The position numbers and the translations under genes are program-made. DNA of 42,231 nt, from positions 1 to 42,231 of the IMG/VR virus record IMGVR_UViG_3300037419_000866, one strand, 5' to 3'. How positions within the stretch are numbered: position 1 is the stretch's first letter; the number at the start of each line of letters is the position of its first letter. The stretch is from a virus. Under the pieces are notes generated by a model. The model was not told the DNA's origin. It saw only the letters and a program-made list of their open reading frames with translations, and ran no database searches. Shown one piece after another: positions 1-7,025 of the stretch.

Positions 1-127
1 CGGCAGGCGCTCTGGCCTGCTGGGCGACGTATGGAACGTACCAGACGCCTTCGTGCAGGATTGCGGTGCTCGGATTAGGTGGCGCGTCTTGCGCACCTGC
101 GCGACCCGGCACATGCGGCCAGTTCGT
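1..127. repeat. Terminal overlap, copy 1 (identical to 42105-42231)
   Basis: Base-by-base comparison of both ends gives an exact 127-nt identity. This is consistent with a circular contig linearised with an assembly overlap, or with a short terminal redundancy. Confidence 0.95.
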
Positions 128-1138
128 CGCCAGTTCGCTCCCGCTGGTGGCGGTCCTGTCGCCACGGTTGAACAGCATCATGGCGAAGTTCCCAACGTCC
201 ACGGGGTCGCCTTTCGCCAGGTGCTCGGCTAGCATGACTTGCAGACGTTCAGCCGGGCATTGCGACGGATCATCCCAGCCGCCGCGACCTTTGGCGCGCG
301 AAGCTGCCATCTTCGCCTTCATGGCGGAGGCAAAGCGGTCCACTGCTGCGTCGTCGGGATGGGCAGCAGGGTTTCCGATAGCCGAAAGCATAGACTCGAC
401 GTTTAGGAACTGGTCGGCGTCCAGCATCCATTTCAGCCGCTCGGAAAGCCTGCGAACGGCGTCCGACTGATCGCAGCGCGGTCTACGCATGCCCGTCACC
501 ATGTTGTCGATCTGCGATAGGACGCCCGGCAGGTCGTCCAGCGGTTCCCACTGCGGCGCGGTGTCCTTGTAATTGTCACGCCAGATAGACACCGCCAAAT
601 CTCGCGCCGAATGATAGACCCATTCCTGCACAGTTATGGTCAGTACTCCCGCCCCGGCAGCGGCTGTTCCGTCGCTCCCGCTGGCCTTGAACTCACTGAA
701 CTTCATCGGCACGGTGCCGTTTTCGGCGCACGAGCGCGCGTGTTCGCCGAAATCAGTTTTCGTGCGTTCGTCGCTCCCGCTGGTAGAGCGGCGGGCAAGC
801 TCGGCTTCCAGCTTCTGGATCTTCTTGCGCTGCGCCAGCATCGTTGCAGCCTGTTCTCGGGCTACTTCGCCTTGATCGGCGGTGCTCCGGGCAAGCTCGA
901 TCAGTTGGAGCACGGTGGCTGGGTTGGCGGCGGCGCAAAACTCGGCGTTGTATTGGTTCTCGTTATCGCGCATCCAAGCTGCGCCGGTGAATGAAGCGAT
1001 CTGCTCCTGCGATTTACCATTCACGTACTGCTGCATAGGCCCGGCGACTATGCGGCCGAAGCTCTTCGGTATCCACGGTCCCGGCGTTGCCGCGCGCGCC
1101 AGTGCTTCCAGCTTGTCCAACTCGTTGTTCGTTACCAT
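1..1138 (-). CDS. Ead/Ea22-like protein, 5' part; the ORF leaves the left edge and continues in frame at 42104..41824 (about 472 aa in total)
   Basis: ATG at 1136-1138 with GGAGGA about 6 nt upstream. The N-terminus MVTNNELDKLEALARAATPGPW carries the Ead/Ea22 signature. No in-frame stop occurs down to base 1, and the frame matches ORF 41824..42216 through the overlap (coordinate 112 equals 42216). It is absent from the track because it is open at the edge. Confidence 0.8.
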   Translation of the reverse strand, partial: MVTNNELDKLEALARAATPGPWIPKSFGRIVAGPMQQYVNGKSQEQIASFTGAAWMRDNENQYNAEFCAAANPATVLQLIELARSTADQGEVAREQAATMLAQRKKIQKLEAELARRSTSGSDERTKTDFGEHARSCAENGTVPMKFSEFKASGSDGTAAAGAGVLTITVQEWVYHSARDLAVSIWRDNYKDTAPQWEPLDDLPGVLSQIDNMVTGMRRPRCDQSDAVRRLSERLKWMLDADQFLNVESMLSAIGNPAAHPDDAAVDRFASAMKAKMAASRAKGRGGWDDPSQCPAERLQVMLAEHLAKGDPVDVGNFAMMLFNRGDRTATSGSELATNWPHVPGRAGAQDAPPNPSTAILHEGVWYVPYVAQQARAPA

Positions 1139-1239
1139 TGATGATCCTCCCATTCTTGTTCCGTTTGCGGAGTGGTGCGGCGCATGTAATCCGCAAACCA
1201 CGTGGTCAGGGCTTGGAGCCAGGTGAGCAGGTGGGTCAT
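1132..1239 (-). CDS. 35-aa micro-ORF, translationally coupled on both sides
   Basis: Hand translation gives MTHLLTWLQALTTWFADYMRRTTPQTEQEWEDHQW. Its ATG overlaps the upstream stop (ATGA at 1236-1239) and its TAA overlaps the downstream ATG. It is below the track length cutoff. Confidence 0.4.
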   Translation of the reverse strand: MTHLLTWLQALTTWFADYMRRTTPQTEQEWEDHQW

Positions 1240-1502
1240 TGGCTGCTGGGCGCCGGGGCATCGATCCCTGCCAGGGCATCGGCCAGCGCCTTGTAATTCT
1301 GCTCAGTGTGATAGCGGCCCTTAGCCTTCACCAGCTTGCGCGCCGCCTGAATCACTTCCTCGTATTGCACCACTCGGTCGCTGGCGATGCGATACCCGTG
1401 CCGGAGCGTGTCGCGCTCGATGCGCAGGCTCTCGACCTCGCAGCCGACGCATGCGTGATAGCCTTTGACCGGTTCCTTCGTGTGCTTCGTGCAGGCGCTC
1501 AT
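1236..1502 (-). CDS. Hypothetical early protein (88 aa)
   Basis: Track ORF with a non-biased composition. The start overlaps the upstream stop (1499-1502) and the ORF sits in the co-oriented leftward operon. Confidence 0.7.
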   Translation of the reverse strand: MSACTKHTKEPVKGYHACVGCEVESLRIERDTLRHGYRIASDRVVQYEEVIQAARKLVKAKGRYHTEQNYKALADALAGIDAPAPSSQ

Positions 1503-2530
1503 GCTGCGCCGCCTTCGGTGCTGGCTGGCGCTGCTGGCAGAGGCATCCAGTGCGTAACCTCACCTTCACATACCGCCACGCTGGAGAAGTCGCCCCAGTT
1601 GTCGATGCGCTCGTACCAACCAGCTTTGATGTACTCGGTATCGTCCGCTTCGTTGTATTCGGTGCTCTGGTCGCCATCGCCGCTGGCCTCGACTTGGTAC
1701 TGTTTGAAGTAGATGGCCCGGATCACGCGCGGCTTATGGCCTCGATGGTGTGGCTGATACGAAGCAAGGCAGGCCCCTTCCGGCAGGCGCTCGGCCACAC
1801 TGATCCACTGCACTTCTTCCGCAGCGGGTGCTGCTGCGCTGGGAGCGGCGTAAAGTGGCTCCCATCCCGCTTTCCTTACTGGCGGCAAGGTGTTCTGATA
1901 TGTAAAATATTCACCGTTCCAGCGCCGATAGGCCGTCGGCTGTGCCTGCACCTGTGCTGCGCTGGGAGCGGCGAGGCGGATTGCAGAGTCCCATTCCTTG
2001 CGCATCTCGTCAAACTTGGCCGCGAGATCGCCGTCGATCATGTCGCCCGCGCGCTGCGCCAAGTTGAACATCGTGTTCGCCATCTTGGCGCCTGCGCGCT
2101 TCACTGCGTCGGACACCTGTTCCGGTGCTGCTGGAGCGGCCTGGGCCTTTAGTTCTTCGATTGCGGCGAGGATCGGCTCGGCGCCGCCGTCGTCCGGGTC
2201 GAGGCCCAACGCCTGATTGATCGCGCCCAGCGCTTCGCACGCTGCCACGAACATGCGCTCGAAGCGGTCGCGCTCGCGTTTCAATGCGGACGGCGCGGGC
2301 TCTGCCTGTTCTCCTGCAGTAGTGGCGAGAAGGTCGCGAATGCTGTCGGCGCCGGGCAGCAGCTTGACGATCTCCGGCAGCACGCCAGCGACCACGTAGC
2401 GCGGCGGCTCGGTGCGCGGGATCGCGGCCAGCGCGGCGTCGGTGCCCATGTACGCAAGCCAGTCCTGCGCAGCGCCGGTAACGGCCTGCACAAATTCCAT
2501 CCGCTTCTCGTTGAATTCTCGGTTGCTCAT
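1499..2530 (-). CDS. Early protein with a C-terminal DUF551-like domain (343 aa)
   Basis: The C-terminus WISVAERLPEGA...GEVTHWMPLPAAP matches the DUF551 pattern (WISV..RLPE ... THWMPLP) common in prophage early regions. Confidence 0.7.
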   Translation of the reverse strand: MSNREFNEKRMEFVQAVTGAAQDWLAYMGTDAALAAIPRTEPPRYVVAGVLPEIVKLLPGADSIRDLLATTAGEQAEPAPSALKRERDRFERMFVAACEALGAINQALGLDPDDGGAEPILAAIEELKAQAAPAAPEQVSDAVKRAGAKMANTMFNLAQRAGDMIDGDLAAKFDEMRKEWDSAIRLAAPSAAQVQAQPTAYRRWNGEYFTYQNTLPPVRKAGWEPLYAAPSAAAPAAEEVQWISVAERLPEGACLASYQPHHRGHKPRVIRAIYFKQYQVEASGDGDQSTEYNEADDTEYIKAGWYERIDNWGDFSSVAVCEGEVTHWMPLPAAPASTEGGAA

Positions 2531-2543
2531 CTTGTCCTCGTTG

Positions 2544-2789
2544 TTATGCTGGTATCAGGTCCATCTGTCGCGGATCGACGTCCGCAGCCACGTAAATCAC
2601 CACTTCGCCGAACTGGTCGACCGCATCACAGTCGCGCAGACCGCGCTTGACCGCCTCGGCCGCGGCCCGGACGCACACGCGCGCCGGTTGACGGTTGAAC
2701 AGGCAGCCGTGGCAGTTAAGGCCGCGGTTATCGTCGTCGTCCACAAGGCGGCGTTCCTGCTGGCGGAACTGGATGCGGGCCGGATCCAT
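2544..2789 (-). CDS. Hypothetical early protein (81 aa)
   Basis: Track ORF that fits tightly between its neighbours in the leftward operon. Confidence 0.55.
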   Translation of the reverse strand: MDPARIQFRQQERRLVDDDDNRGLNCHGCLFNRQPARVCVRAAAEAVKRGLRDCDAVDQFGEVVIYVAADVDPRQMDLIPA

Positions 2790-2799
2790 TGCGCCTCCC

Positions 2800-3261
2800 T
2801 CACAAGAAACCCATCAGCCGATCGATCACGGCGTCCAGGTCGTCCCGGCTGTAGTTGGTCAGGATCCGCTGCAGGATCACGTTGCACGTCGCGTTGTACA
2901 GGTCGTCAAACTCTGACTTGTCCATGTTCGCGAAGCTGATCGACTTGGCCGTCAGGCGCGTCTCGCCCTTAAGATTTACGGCCATCTCGTAAAACCCGGC
3001 GAGCACGATCACATCGTTGCGGAACTGGTCGAAGTTCTTGCCGACGCGCTGGCCCTTGTACGTCGCTTCGGTCGGCTCCCAGGTGTCGAAAGCGAGGTTC
3101 AGCAGCGCAAAATATTTTCGGTGAAAGCGCGGGTTACGCTGCTGCTTCACCTGCGCTCGCACCGCGGCGCCGAGCTTCAGCTTTGCGATGTACTCCGCGG
3201 CCTGCGGGTCGGCCGGGATCAGTGCTCCGCCCGGCGCCTTCGTGAGGACGAGCTCTTTCAT
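2800..3261 (-). CDS. DUF1367-like phage protein (153 aa)
   Basis: The start was moved to the internal ATG (MKELVLTKAPGGALIP...), which overlaps the upstream stop as ATGA at 3258-3261. The Arg-rich extension in the track looks spurious. The pattern NPRFHRKYFALLN ... VLAGFYE ... SISFANMDKSEFDDLYN resembles DUF1367. Confidence 0.65.
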   Translation of the reverse strand: MKELVLTKAPGGALIPADPQAAEYIAKLKLGAAVRAQVKQQRNPRFHRKYFALLNLAFDTWEPTEATYKGQRVGKNFDQFRNDVIVLAGFYEMAVNLKGETRLTAKSISFANMDKSEFDDLYNATCNVILQRILTNYSRDDLDAVIDRLMGFL

Positions 3262-4001
3262 GCTGCCTCCCGCATCGGCTCGCGGCCGTGCTCGGCCAGC
3301 ATTCGGTCGACCAGATGCATCAGGTACGCATGCGCGACGCGGCACTTGTCGTCGAGCCGGCGCTCCAGATCAGCATCGCGCTTGTACGTGATGCTCGTCA
3401 CGCGCATGGCCGGGTCGATGTGCGCGACCTCGTGCAGCTCTCGCTGTTCCCACTTGATCAGCTCGTCCGGCGTGTCGAGCATGACGTGCACGACCTCGTG
3501 CTCCGGCACGTCCCATAGCTTCATGTAGGCCCGGCCCTGCCACTCGTACATTGTGTCGTGCGCGTCTTCGCTCAGTACCGGGAACGTGCTCAGGTCCCAC
3601 GACACCTTGATGTCGATGGTCTTCGCGCCCGGAACGTAGATGTCGCATTCGCCGGTCAGGAAATCACTCACACGACGCTCGGTGTTCTTGCGGTAGTTCG
3701 TGAAGCGCTGGTTGTTCAGGAACTGGATGGCCGCGTCTTCGAGCGCAATACCCTTGTCCATGTACTTCGTGTCGATGACCTTGTGGTAGCTGAACAGGAA
3801 CTCCTTCGCCAGCGTCTTCAGGAACGTCTTCGCCCCGGCGGACAGCGACATCTCCTTGTAGGGCTGCAGGAGTTCCTTCTCGGCGTCGGTCTTGCGCGCC
3901 TTCGCCGCAATCGGCATCAGTTCGGCCGGCAGCAACGACGTGTCGATCGACTGCGCATCACCCATCAGCAGGCCGACGCAATGCGGGTGGAAGCGGATCA
4001 T
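3258..4001 (-). CDS. PD-(D/E)XK recombination exonuclease (YqaJ / lambda Exo role)
   Basis: 247 aa. The motif GECDIYVPGAKTIDIKVSW fits D...(D/E)xK. It lies immediately downstream of, and overlaps, the annealing-protein gene, which is the classic exo/SSAP pair. Confidence 0.65.
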   Translation of the reverse strand: MIRFHPHCVGLLMGDAQSIDTSLLPAELMPIAAKARKTDAEKELLQPYKEMSLSAGAKTFLKTLAKEFLFSYHKVIDTKYMDKGIALEDAAIQFLNNQRFTNYRKNTERRVSDFLTGECDIYVPGAKTIDIKVSWDLSTFPVLSEDAHDTMYEWQGRAYMKLWDVPEHEVVHVMLDTPDELIKWEQRELHEVAHIDPAMRVTSITYKRDADLERRLDDKCRVAHAYLMHLVDRMLAEHGREPMREAA

Positions 4002-4807
4002 TGGGCGAGCTCCTTCTCCAGGTCGTCCAGCGCGGTTTCCTGATCCGGCGTGAGTTCGTAGTAGCCTCGCATCGACTGCACGTCGTACTGGCCGTTGCGG
4101 ATCGCGTTGAGCGCGTTGGTGAACTGCTTCCCATCAATCGGCTTCTTCGGCTCTTCCTTCGGCTGCGGCTGCGGCTGCGGCTGCGTGGCCGCCTCGTGCT
4201 GGCGCAGCTCTTCCGGCAGGTCTTCGATGTCCTGCGTGAAGATGTCCGATGCCGCGGTGACGTTGAGCGTCATGGCGATCATGGCACGCTTGCAGGCCAT
4301 CTTGAGGACCGTGTTCGCCAGATCGGCCGGCTCGGTGCGGATCTGAATTTTCTTCTCGACCTGACCTTTCCATTTCGCGAACTTGAGACGGCGCGCATTC
4401 TCCGGCGTCAGGTCGAATTCTTCGGTGCACACGGCGCCGCGCCACTTGTACTTCTCCTCGCCGGAGGAGCACTCGCCGACGCCCTCACCCAGTGCGATGC
4501 CGGTCACCTGATGACGGCCCACGCACGTAACGCGATAACGGGCGACGTCCGGCGTACTCAGGTCCTCGATGCGGTATTCCTGCGCGATCCGGAACGTCAC
4601 ACACAGCACCTCGGCGCCCGGCTTGTACAGGGTCGGCTTCGGCGTGCCCGGGATCGTGCCGTAGTGCGTATCCTTCTTCATGATGCCCTGCATCACGGTC
4701 TGGACGAGGTTCACGCGTTCGCGGATTTCAGAAGCGGAGAAGCGGTGCACTTCACCAGCGGTCAGGCCGGCCACCTCGCGGCGCGGCATTTCGATTACGT
4801 CGTTCAT
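3998..4807 (-). CDS. Putative single-strand annealing recombinase (Rad52-like superfamily candidate)
   Basis: The start was set at ATG 4805-4807 (MNDVIEMPRRE...), with GGAG 6 nt upstream and an ATGA overlap with the upstream micro-ORF. It has the helix LANTVLKMACKRAMIAMTL typical of phage SSAPs, a QPQPQPQP linker, and is paired with the exonuclease. Confidence 0.55.
   Translation of the reverse strand: MNDVIEMPRREVAGLTAGEVHRFSASEIRERVNLVQTVMQGIMKKDTHYGTIPGTPKPTLYKPGAEVLCVTFRIAQEYRIEDLSTPDVARYRVTCVGRHQVTGIALGEGVGECSSGEEKYKWRGAVCTEEFDLTPENARRLKFAKWKGQVEKKIQIRTEPADLANTVLKMACKRAMIAMTLNVTAASDIFTQDIEDLPEELRQHEAATQPQPQPQPKEEPKKPIDGKQFTNALNAIRNGQYDVQSMRGYYELTPDQETALDDLEKELAQ
4161..4184. repeat. (GGCTGC)x4 tandem hexamer
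   Basis: Seen directly. It encodes the QPQPQPQP linker of the minus-strand recombinase ORF. Confidence 0.9.
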
Positions 4808-4920
4808 TTCGGGCTCCACATAGGTGTCGGTTGATTCATCTCGTCCAGCTGCTGCAGGATCGCGATGGACGAGAAAAACGCGATCAAGATCAGCAAGGCG
4901 TAGGCGGCGTGGCGGGTCAT
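4804..4920 (-). CDS. 38-aa single-pass membrane micro-protein
   Basis: Internal ATG of track ORF 4804..5001 (MTRHAAYALLILIAFFSSIAILQQL...). There are ATGA overlaps at both ends (4917-4920 and 4804-4807). Confidence 0.5.
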   Translation of the reverse strand: MTRHAAYALLILIAFFSSIAILQQLDEMNQPTPMWSPK

Positions 4921-5093
4921 GGGAATGCTTTCTCCAGCACGCCGGCCAGCACGATCAGGGCGCCGAGCGCGGCGAACATCAGGCCCGGCCGCTGCTCGCA
5001 TTCCTCCAGCCGGTAGAACAGCAGCGTGCCTATCAGGTCACGGCGCGGCGCGGGCTCTGCATCCTGGCGGCGCGCGATGCGGGCGGCGATCAC
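4917..5093 (-). CDS. 58-aa hydrophobic micro-protein (GTG start)
   Basis: Hand translation gives VIAARIARRQDAEPAPRRDLIGTLLFYRLEECEQRPGLMFAALGALIVLAGVLEKAFP. A GTGA overlap links it to the upstream stop at 5090-5093 and an ATGA overlap links it downstream. It is not in the track. Confidence 0.4.
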   Translation of the reverse strand: MIAARIARRQDAEPAPRRDLIGTLLFYRLEECEQRPGLMFAALGALIVLAGVLEKAFP

Positions 5094-5305
5094 TTCTCAC
5101 GCTCCGCGAGCATCCTGTCAGCCAGCTCATAGGCGACTTCGGCCACGCGCTCCGCGGTCCAGTTCTCGTGGTAGGCAGAAGCGAGCCCGCCCAGCACCTT
5201 CGCCGCGAAGTAGTCGCGCAGCGTCATGCCGCCGCCGATCTCGTTCGGGTAGTCCGGACTGTGCGAGGTCGGAAAAGCCGCGCCGCCGTTGTTCTTCATG
5301 TCCAT
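5090..5305 (-). CDS. Hypothetical early protein (71 aa)
   Basis: The start was moved to MDMKNNGGAAFPTSH..., preceded by GAGGAG. The longer track version has an Arg/Ser-rich, shadow-like N-terminus. Confidence 0.6.
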   Translation of the reverse strand: MDMKNNGGAAFPTSHSPDYPNEIGGGMTLRDYFAAKVLGGLASAYHENWTAERVAEVAYELADRMLAEREK

Positions 5306-5346
5306 CCTGCTGCTCCTCGTTCTGGCCGGCGCCGCCGGCGGTTGGT

Positions 5347-5565
5347 TTATTGGTGGGGTGCCGCTACCGCGCCGTCTTCGGCCATCTGGATCTCGAGCGC
5401 GATCAGGCGCAGCGCGACGTCCAGCCCGTCGGTGAGGCCCGCGATGTACCGCTCGTGGCCCTGCTGGAACTCGCTCGGCTTGCCCAGCGCAGTCACGTGC
5501 TTCGTGTCGCGCGCCGACTGCAGGCTGTGGCGCAGGGCCTGAAGGTGTTCGATCGTGGTGCTCAT
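5347..5565 (-). CDS. Hypothetical early protein (72 aa)
   Basis: The start at MSTTIEHLQALR overlaps the upstream stop (ATGA at 5562-5565). Confidence 0.6.
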   Translation of the reverse strand: MSTTIEHLQALRHSLQSARDTKHVTALGKPSEFQQGHERYIAGLTDGLDVALRLIALEIQMAEDGAVAAPHQ

Positions 5566-5927
5566 GCCGGCACCACGCTGGCGTAGTGGCGATCCCACAC
5601 GCGGCGCTCGATGCGCGCCATCTGCGCCTCGTCGGCGCGGATCTGCTCCATGCGCTCGACCTGCTTGATCGCGTCGACTTCGCAGCTGTCGTACATGGCC
5701 TTGACTGCGAGTGCGCTGAACGCATCGGCGCCCTGCCCGGTCACTGCCTGCACGAAGATGGCCTTCGCTTCATCATCGGTCAGGCGGTCCAGCACGACGT
5801 TTTGCAGATCGCTCACGGCGCGCGCTTCGCCGGCCAGCAGACGCGCCGTCCAGCTGCGCAGGGCCATTTCGGTCAGGTTCGCGATCAGGGCGTCGCGGTC
5901 TTCTTCGTAGGAGGTGCGGCGGTCCAT
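5562..5927 (-). CDS. Hypothetical early protein (121 aa)
   Basis: The start was moved to MDRRTSYEEDRDALIANL. The upstream part of the track ORF overlaps the preceding gene and is Arg/Ser/Thr-rich. Confidence 0.6.
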   Translation of the reverse strand: MDRRTSYEEDRDALIANLTEMALRSWTARLLAGEARAVSDLQNVVLDRLTDDEAKAIFVQAVTGQGADAFSALAVKAMYDSCEVDAIKQVERMEQIRADEAQMARIERRVWDRHYASVVPA

Positions 5928-5928
5928 G

Positions 5929-6243
5929 TCAGGCCACCAAATAGGATTGAGCGCCGATGTACTCGATGCTCTCGTTGCCGTCGTACTCGTTAATGCGAAA
6001 CGCGGTGCCCTGCGGGACCCATTCGATCTGAACGTCACGAGCGCCACCGGTGTAGCAGTCCGGGAACTTCTTTTCGGCCGCAATTGCGAGTGCCATCGAG
6101 CCACCCTCAAGGAATGCGCTCACCAAGTCGGCATTGAAAGCGAAGTCAGACGCATGCTCCGAATTCCACGTCGACCAGCCGGCGCCGTAGCCCGGCGAGT
6201 ACAGAACGGCAACCTTGCCGTCTTTGATGTGCTTCTCGATCAT
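5929..6243 (-). CDS. First gene of the leftward operon, hypothetical (104 aa; alternative start 6255)
   Basis: ATG at 6241-6243 (MIEKHIKDGKVAVLYSPGYGAGWSTW...) with GGAG 6 nt upstream. It lies about 45 nt downstream of the PL-like -10. Confidence 0.65.
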   Translation of the reverse strand: MIEKHIKDGKVAVLYSPGYGAGWSTWNSEHASDFAFNADLVSAFLEGGSMALAIAAEKKFPDCYTGGARDVQIEWVPQGTAFRINEYDGNESIEYIGAQSYLVA

Positions 6244-6286
6244 CGTGTTCTCCATCTGCCCTGCTGGGCTCGTTGCGATGGAGACT

Positions 6287-6315
6287 ATTTTAGGCATGCC
6301 TAAGCATTTGTGCAA
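6287..6315 (-). promoter_or_regulatory. PL-like early leftward promoter
   Basis: The minus strand reads TTGCAC (6310-6315), a 17-nt spacer, then TAAAAT (6287-6292). The palindromic operator 6290-6303 overlaps the -10. Confidence 0.65.
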
Positions 6316-6408
6316 GCAAAATCTTCGGCATACCTAAAATCGTGGCTTTTGAAACGGGGGGTAGGGGTTTTGCAGAGAGTGGCCACCTAAGTCGTTAGGT
6401 ATGCCATG
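6290..6408. promoter_or_regulatory. Left operator cluster, three sites
   Basis: 6290-6303 is TTAGGCATGCCTAA, a perfect 14-bp palindrome. 6324-6337 is TTCGGCATACCTAA and 6395-6408 is TTAGGTATGCCATG. The same motif recurs three times to the right of the repressor gene. Confidence 0.75.
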
Positions 6409-6418
6409 CTGACTGGCG

Positions 6419-6442
6419 AAAAAAAGCCCGCTCGAGGCGGGC
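6419..6442 (-). terminator. Rho-independent terminator of the repressor/moron transcript
   Basis: The minus strand reads GCCCGC-CTCGA-GCGGGC followed by TTTTTTT. It lies 24 nt after the stop of ORF 6466..6753. Confidence 0.75.
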
Positions 6443-6465
6443 AAGTGCGGGCCGACTAACGATGC

Positions 6466-6753
6466 TTACAAAGTACGGGCCACGGCATACAGGGTCATCA
6501 GTGCGATCTCAACGATAAATGCGAATAGCATCAAAATTAGAAAGTGGAATCGATCAAAAAACCGGATGTACGCCCGGCCAGCCGAAGCTAGGCCAAAGAC
6601 GCCACCCCAAAACAGTAGCAATGCAATTGGACTCAGGACCATCTTGAATCTCACAAGTGCGGCATCCAGGCGTGCCGTTTCGCCGCTCGTAAATACGTGT
6701 GTGTCGCTATAAAATGCAGATCGTTTTACAGGTGTAAAAGTGGCATACCTCAT
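6466..6753 (-). CDS. Membrane protein moron (95 aa, two C-terminal TM helices) in the rex-like position
   Basis: Track ORF. The hydrophobic stretches are MVLSPIALLLFWGGVFGLASAG and FHFLILMLFAFIVEIALMTLYAV. The segment is visibly AT-richer than its surroundings and has its own terminator. The RBS is weak. Confidence 0.6.
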   Translation of the reverse strand: MRYATFTPVKRSAFYSDTHVFTSGETARLDAALVRFKMVLSPIALLLFWGGVFGLASAGRAYIRFFDRFHFLILMLFAFIVEIALMTLYAVARTL

Positions 6754-6773
6754 TGTCGGACACTAGAAAAAAC

Positions 6774-6793
6774 TACTGTATAGGTGTACAGTA
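6774..6793. promoter_or_regulatory. LexA (SOS) box TACTGTATAGGTGTACAGTA
   Basis: Exact CTGT-N8-ACAG with TA flanks, embedded in an 11-bp perfect inverted repeat (AAACTACTGTA / TACAGTAGTTT). It lies between the divergent starts 6753 (-) and 6822 (+). Confidence 0.8.
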
Positions 6794-6821
6794 GTTTAGC
6801 GTTCTGAACTTGGAGGGAACC

Positions 6822-7025
6822 ATGCACCGACAGGATGACTTGACCATGATGTTCGAAGCTATCGACGACGACAGCCGCCGCTATGTCCTTGCCGTACTTC
6901 GCGGCGAGTACGAGCGAACCATGACCTCATCGCGCCCGCGACTGCGCCTGGTCAAAGGTGCCAACTCGGTTGCGGATCTCGCGAATAACCAGATCAATTC
7001 GCGCTCGGTCCGCGGGGCCGGCTAA
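6822..7025 (+). CDS. Small acidic ORF (67 aa) downstream of the SOS box, convergent with the repressor gene and overlapping its 3' end by 99 nt; antirepressor candidate
   Basis: ATG at 6822 is preceded by GGAGGG at 5-nt spacing. In the non-overlapping 35 codons my hand count gives GC3 about 74%, GC1 about 63% and GC2 about 34%, a coding-like gradient. No other ORF occupies 6754-6926. Confidence 0.5.
   Translation: MHRQDDLTMMFEAIDDDSRRYVLAVLRGEYERTMTSSRPRLRLVKGANSVADLANNQINSRSVRGAG

Noticed and set aside
143-150. GCTGGTGG, identical to the E. coli Chi octamer
   Set aside because: There is a single occurrence, and roughly one is expected by chance in 2 x 42 kb of GC-rich DNA. The host is probably not E. 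coli and its Chi sequence is unknown. The octamer is part of the 13-mer coding repeat.
66-1226. Plus-strand track ORFs at the window start (66..470, 611..994, 636..875, 882..1226)
   Set aside because: They are antisense to the continuous minus-strand Ead/Ea22-like ORF, which has an RBS and a family signature. Their composition is Ser/Ala/Arg-rich.
4161-4184. (GGCTGC)x4 tandem repeat as a possible VNTR, phase-variation or CRISPR-like element
   Set aside because: It is in frame and encodes a QPQPQPQP linker in the recombinase. There are only four units and no spacers.
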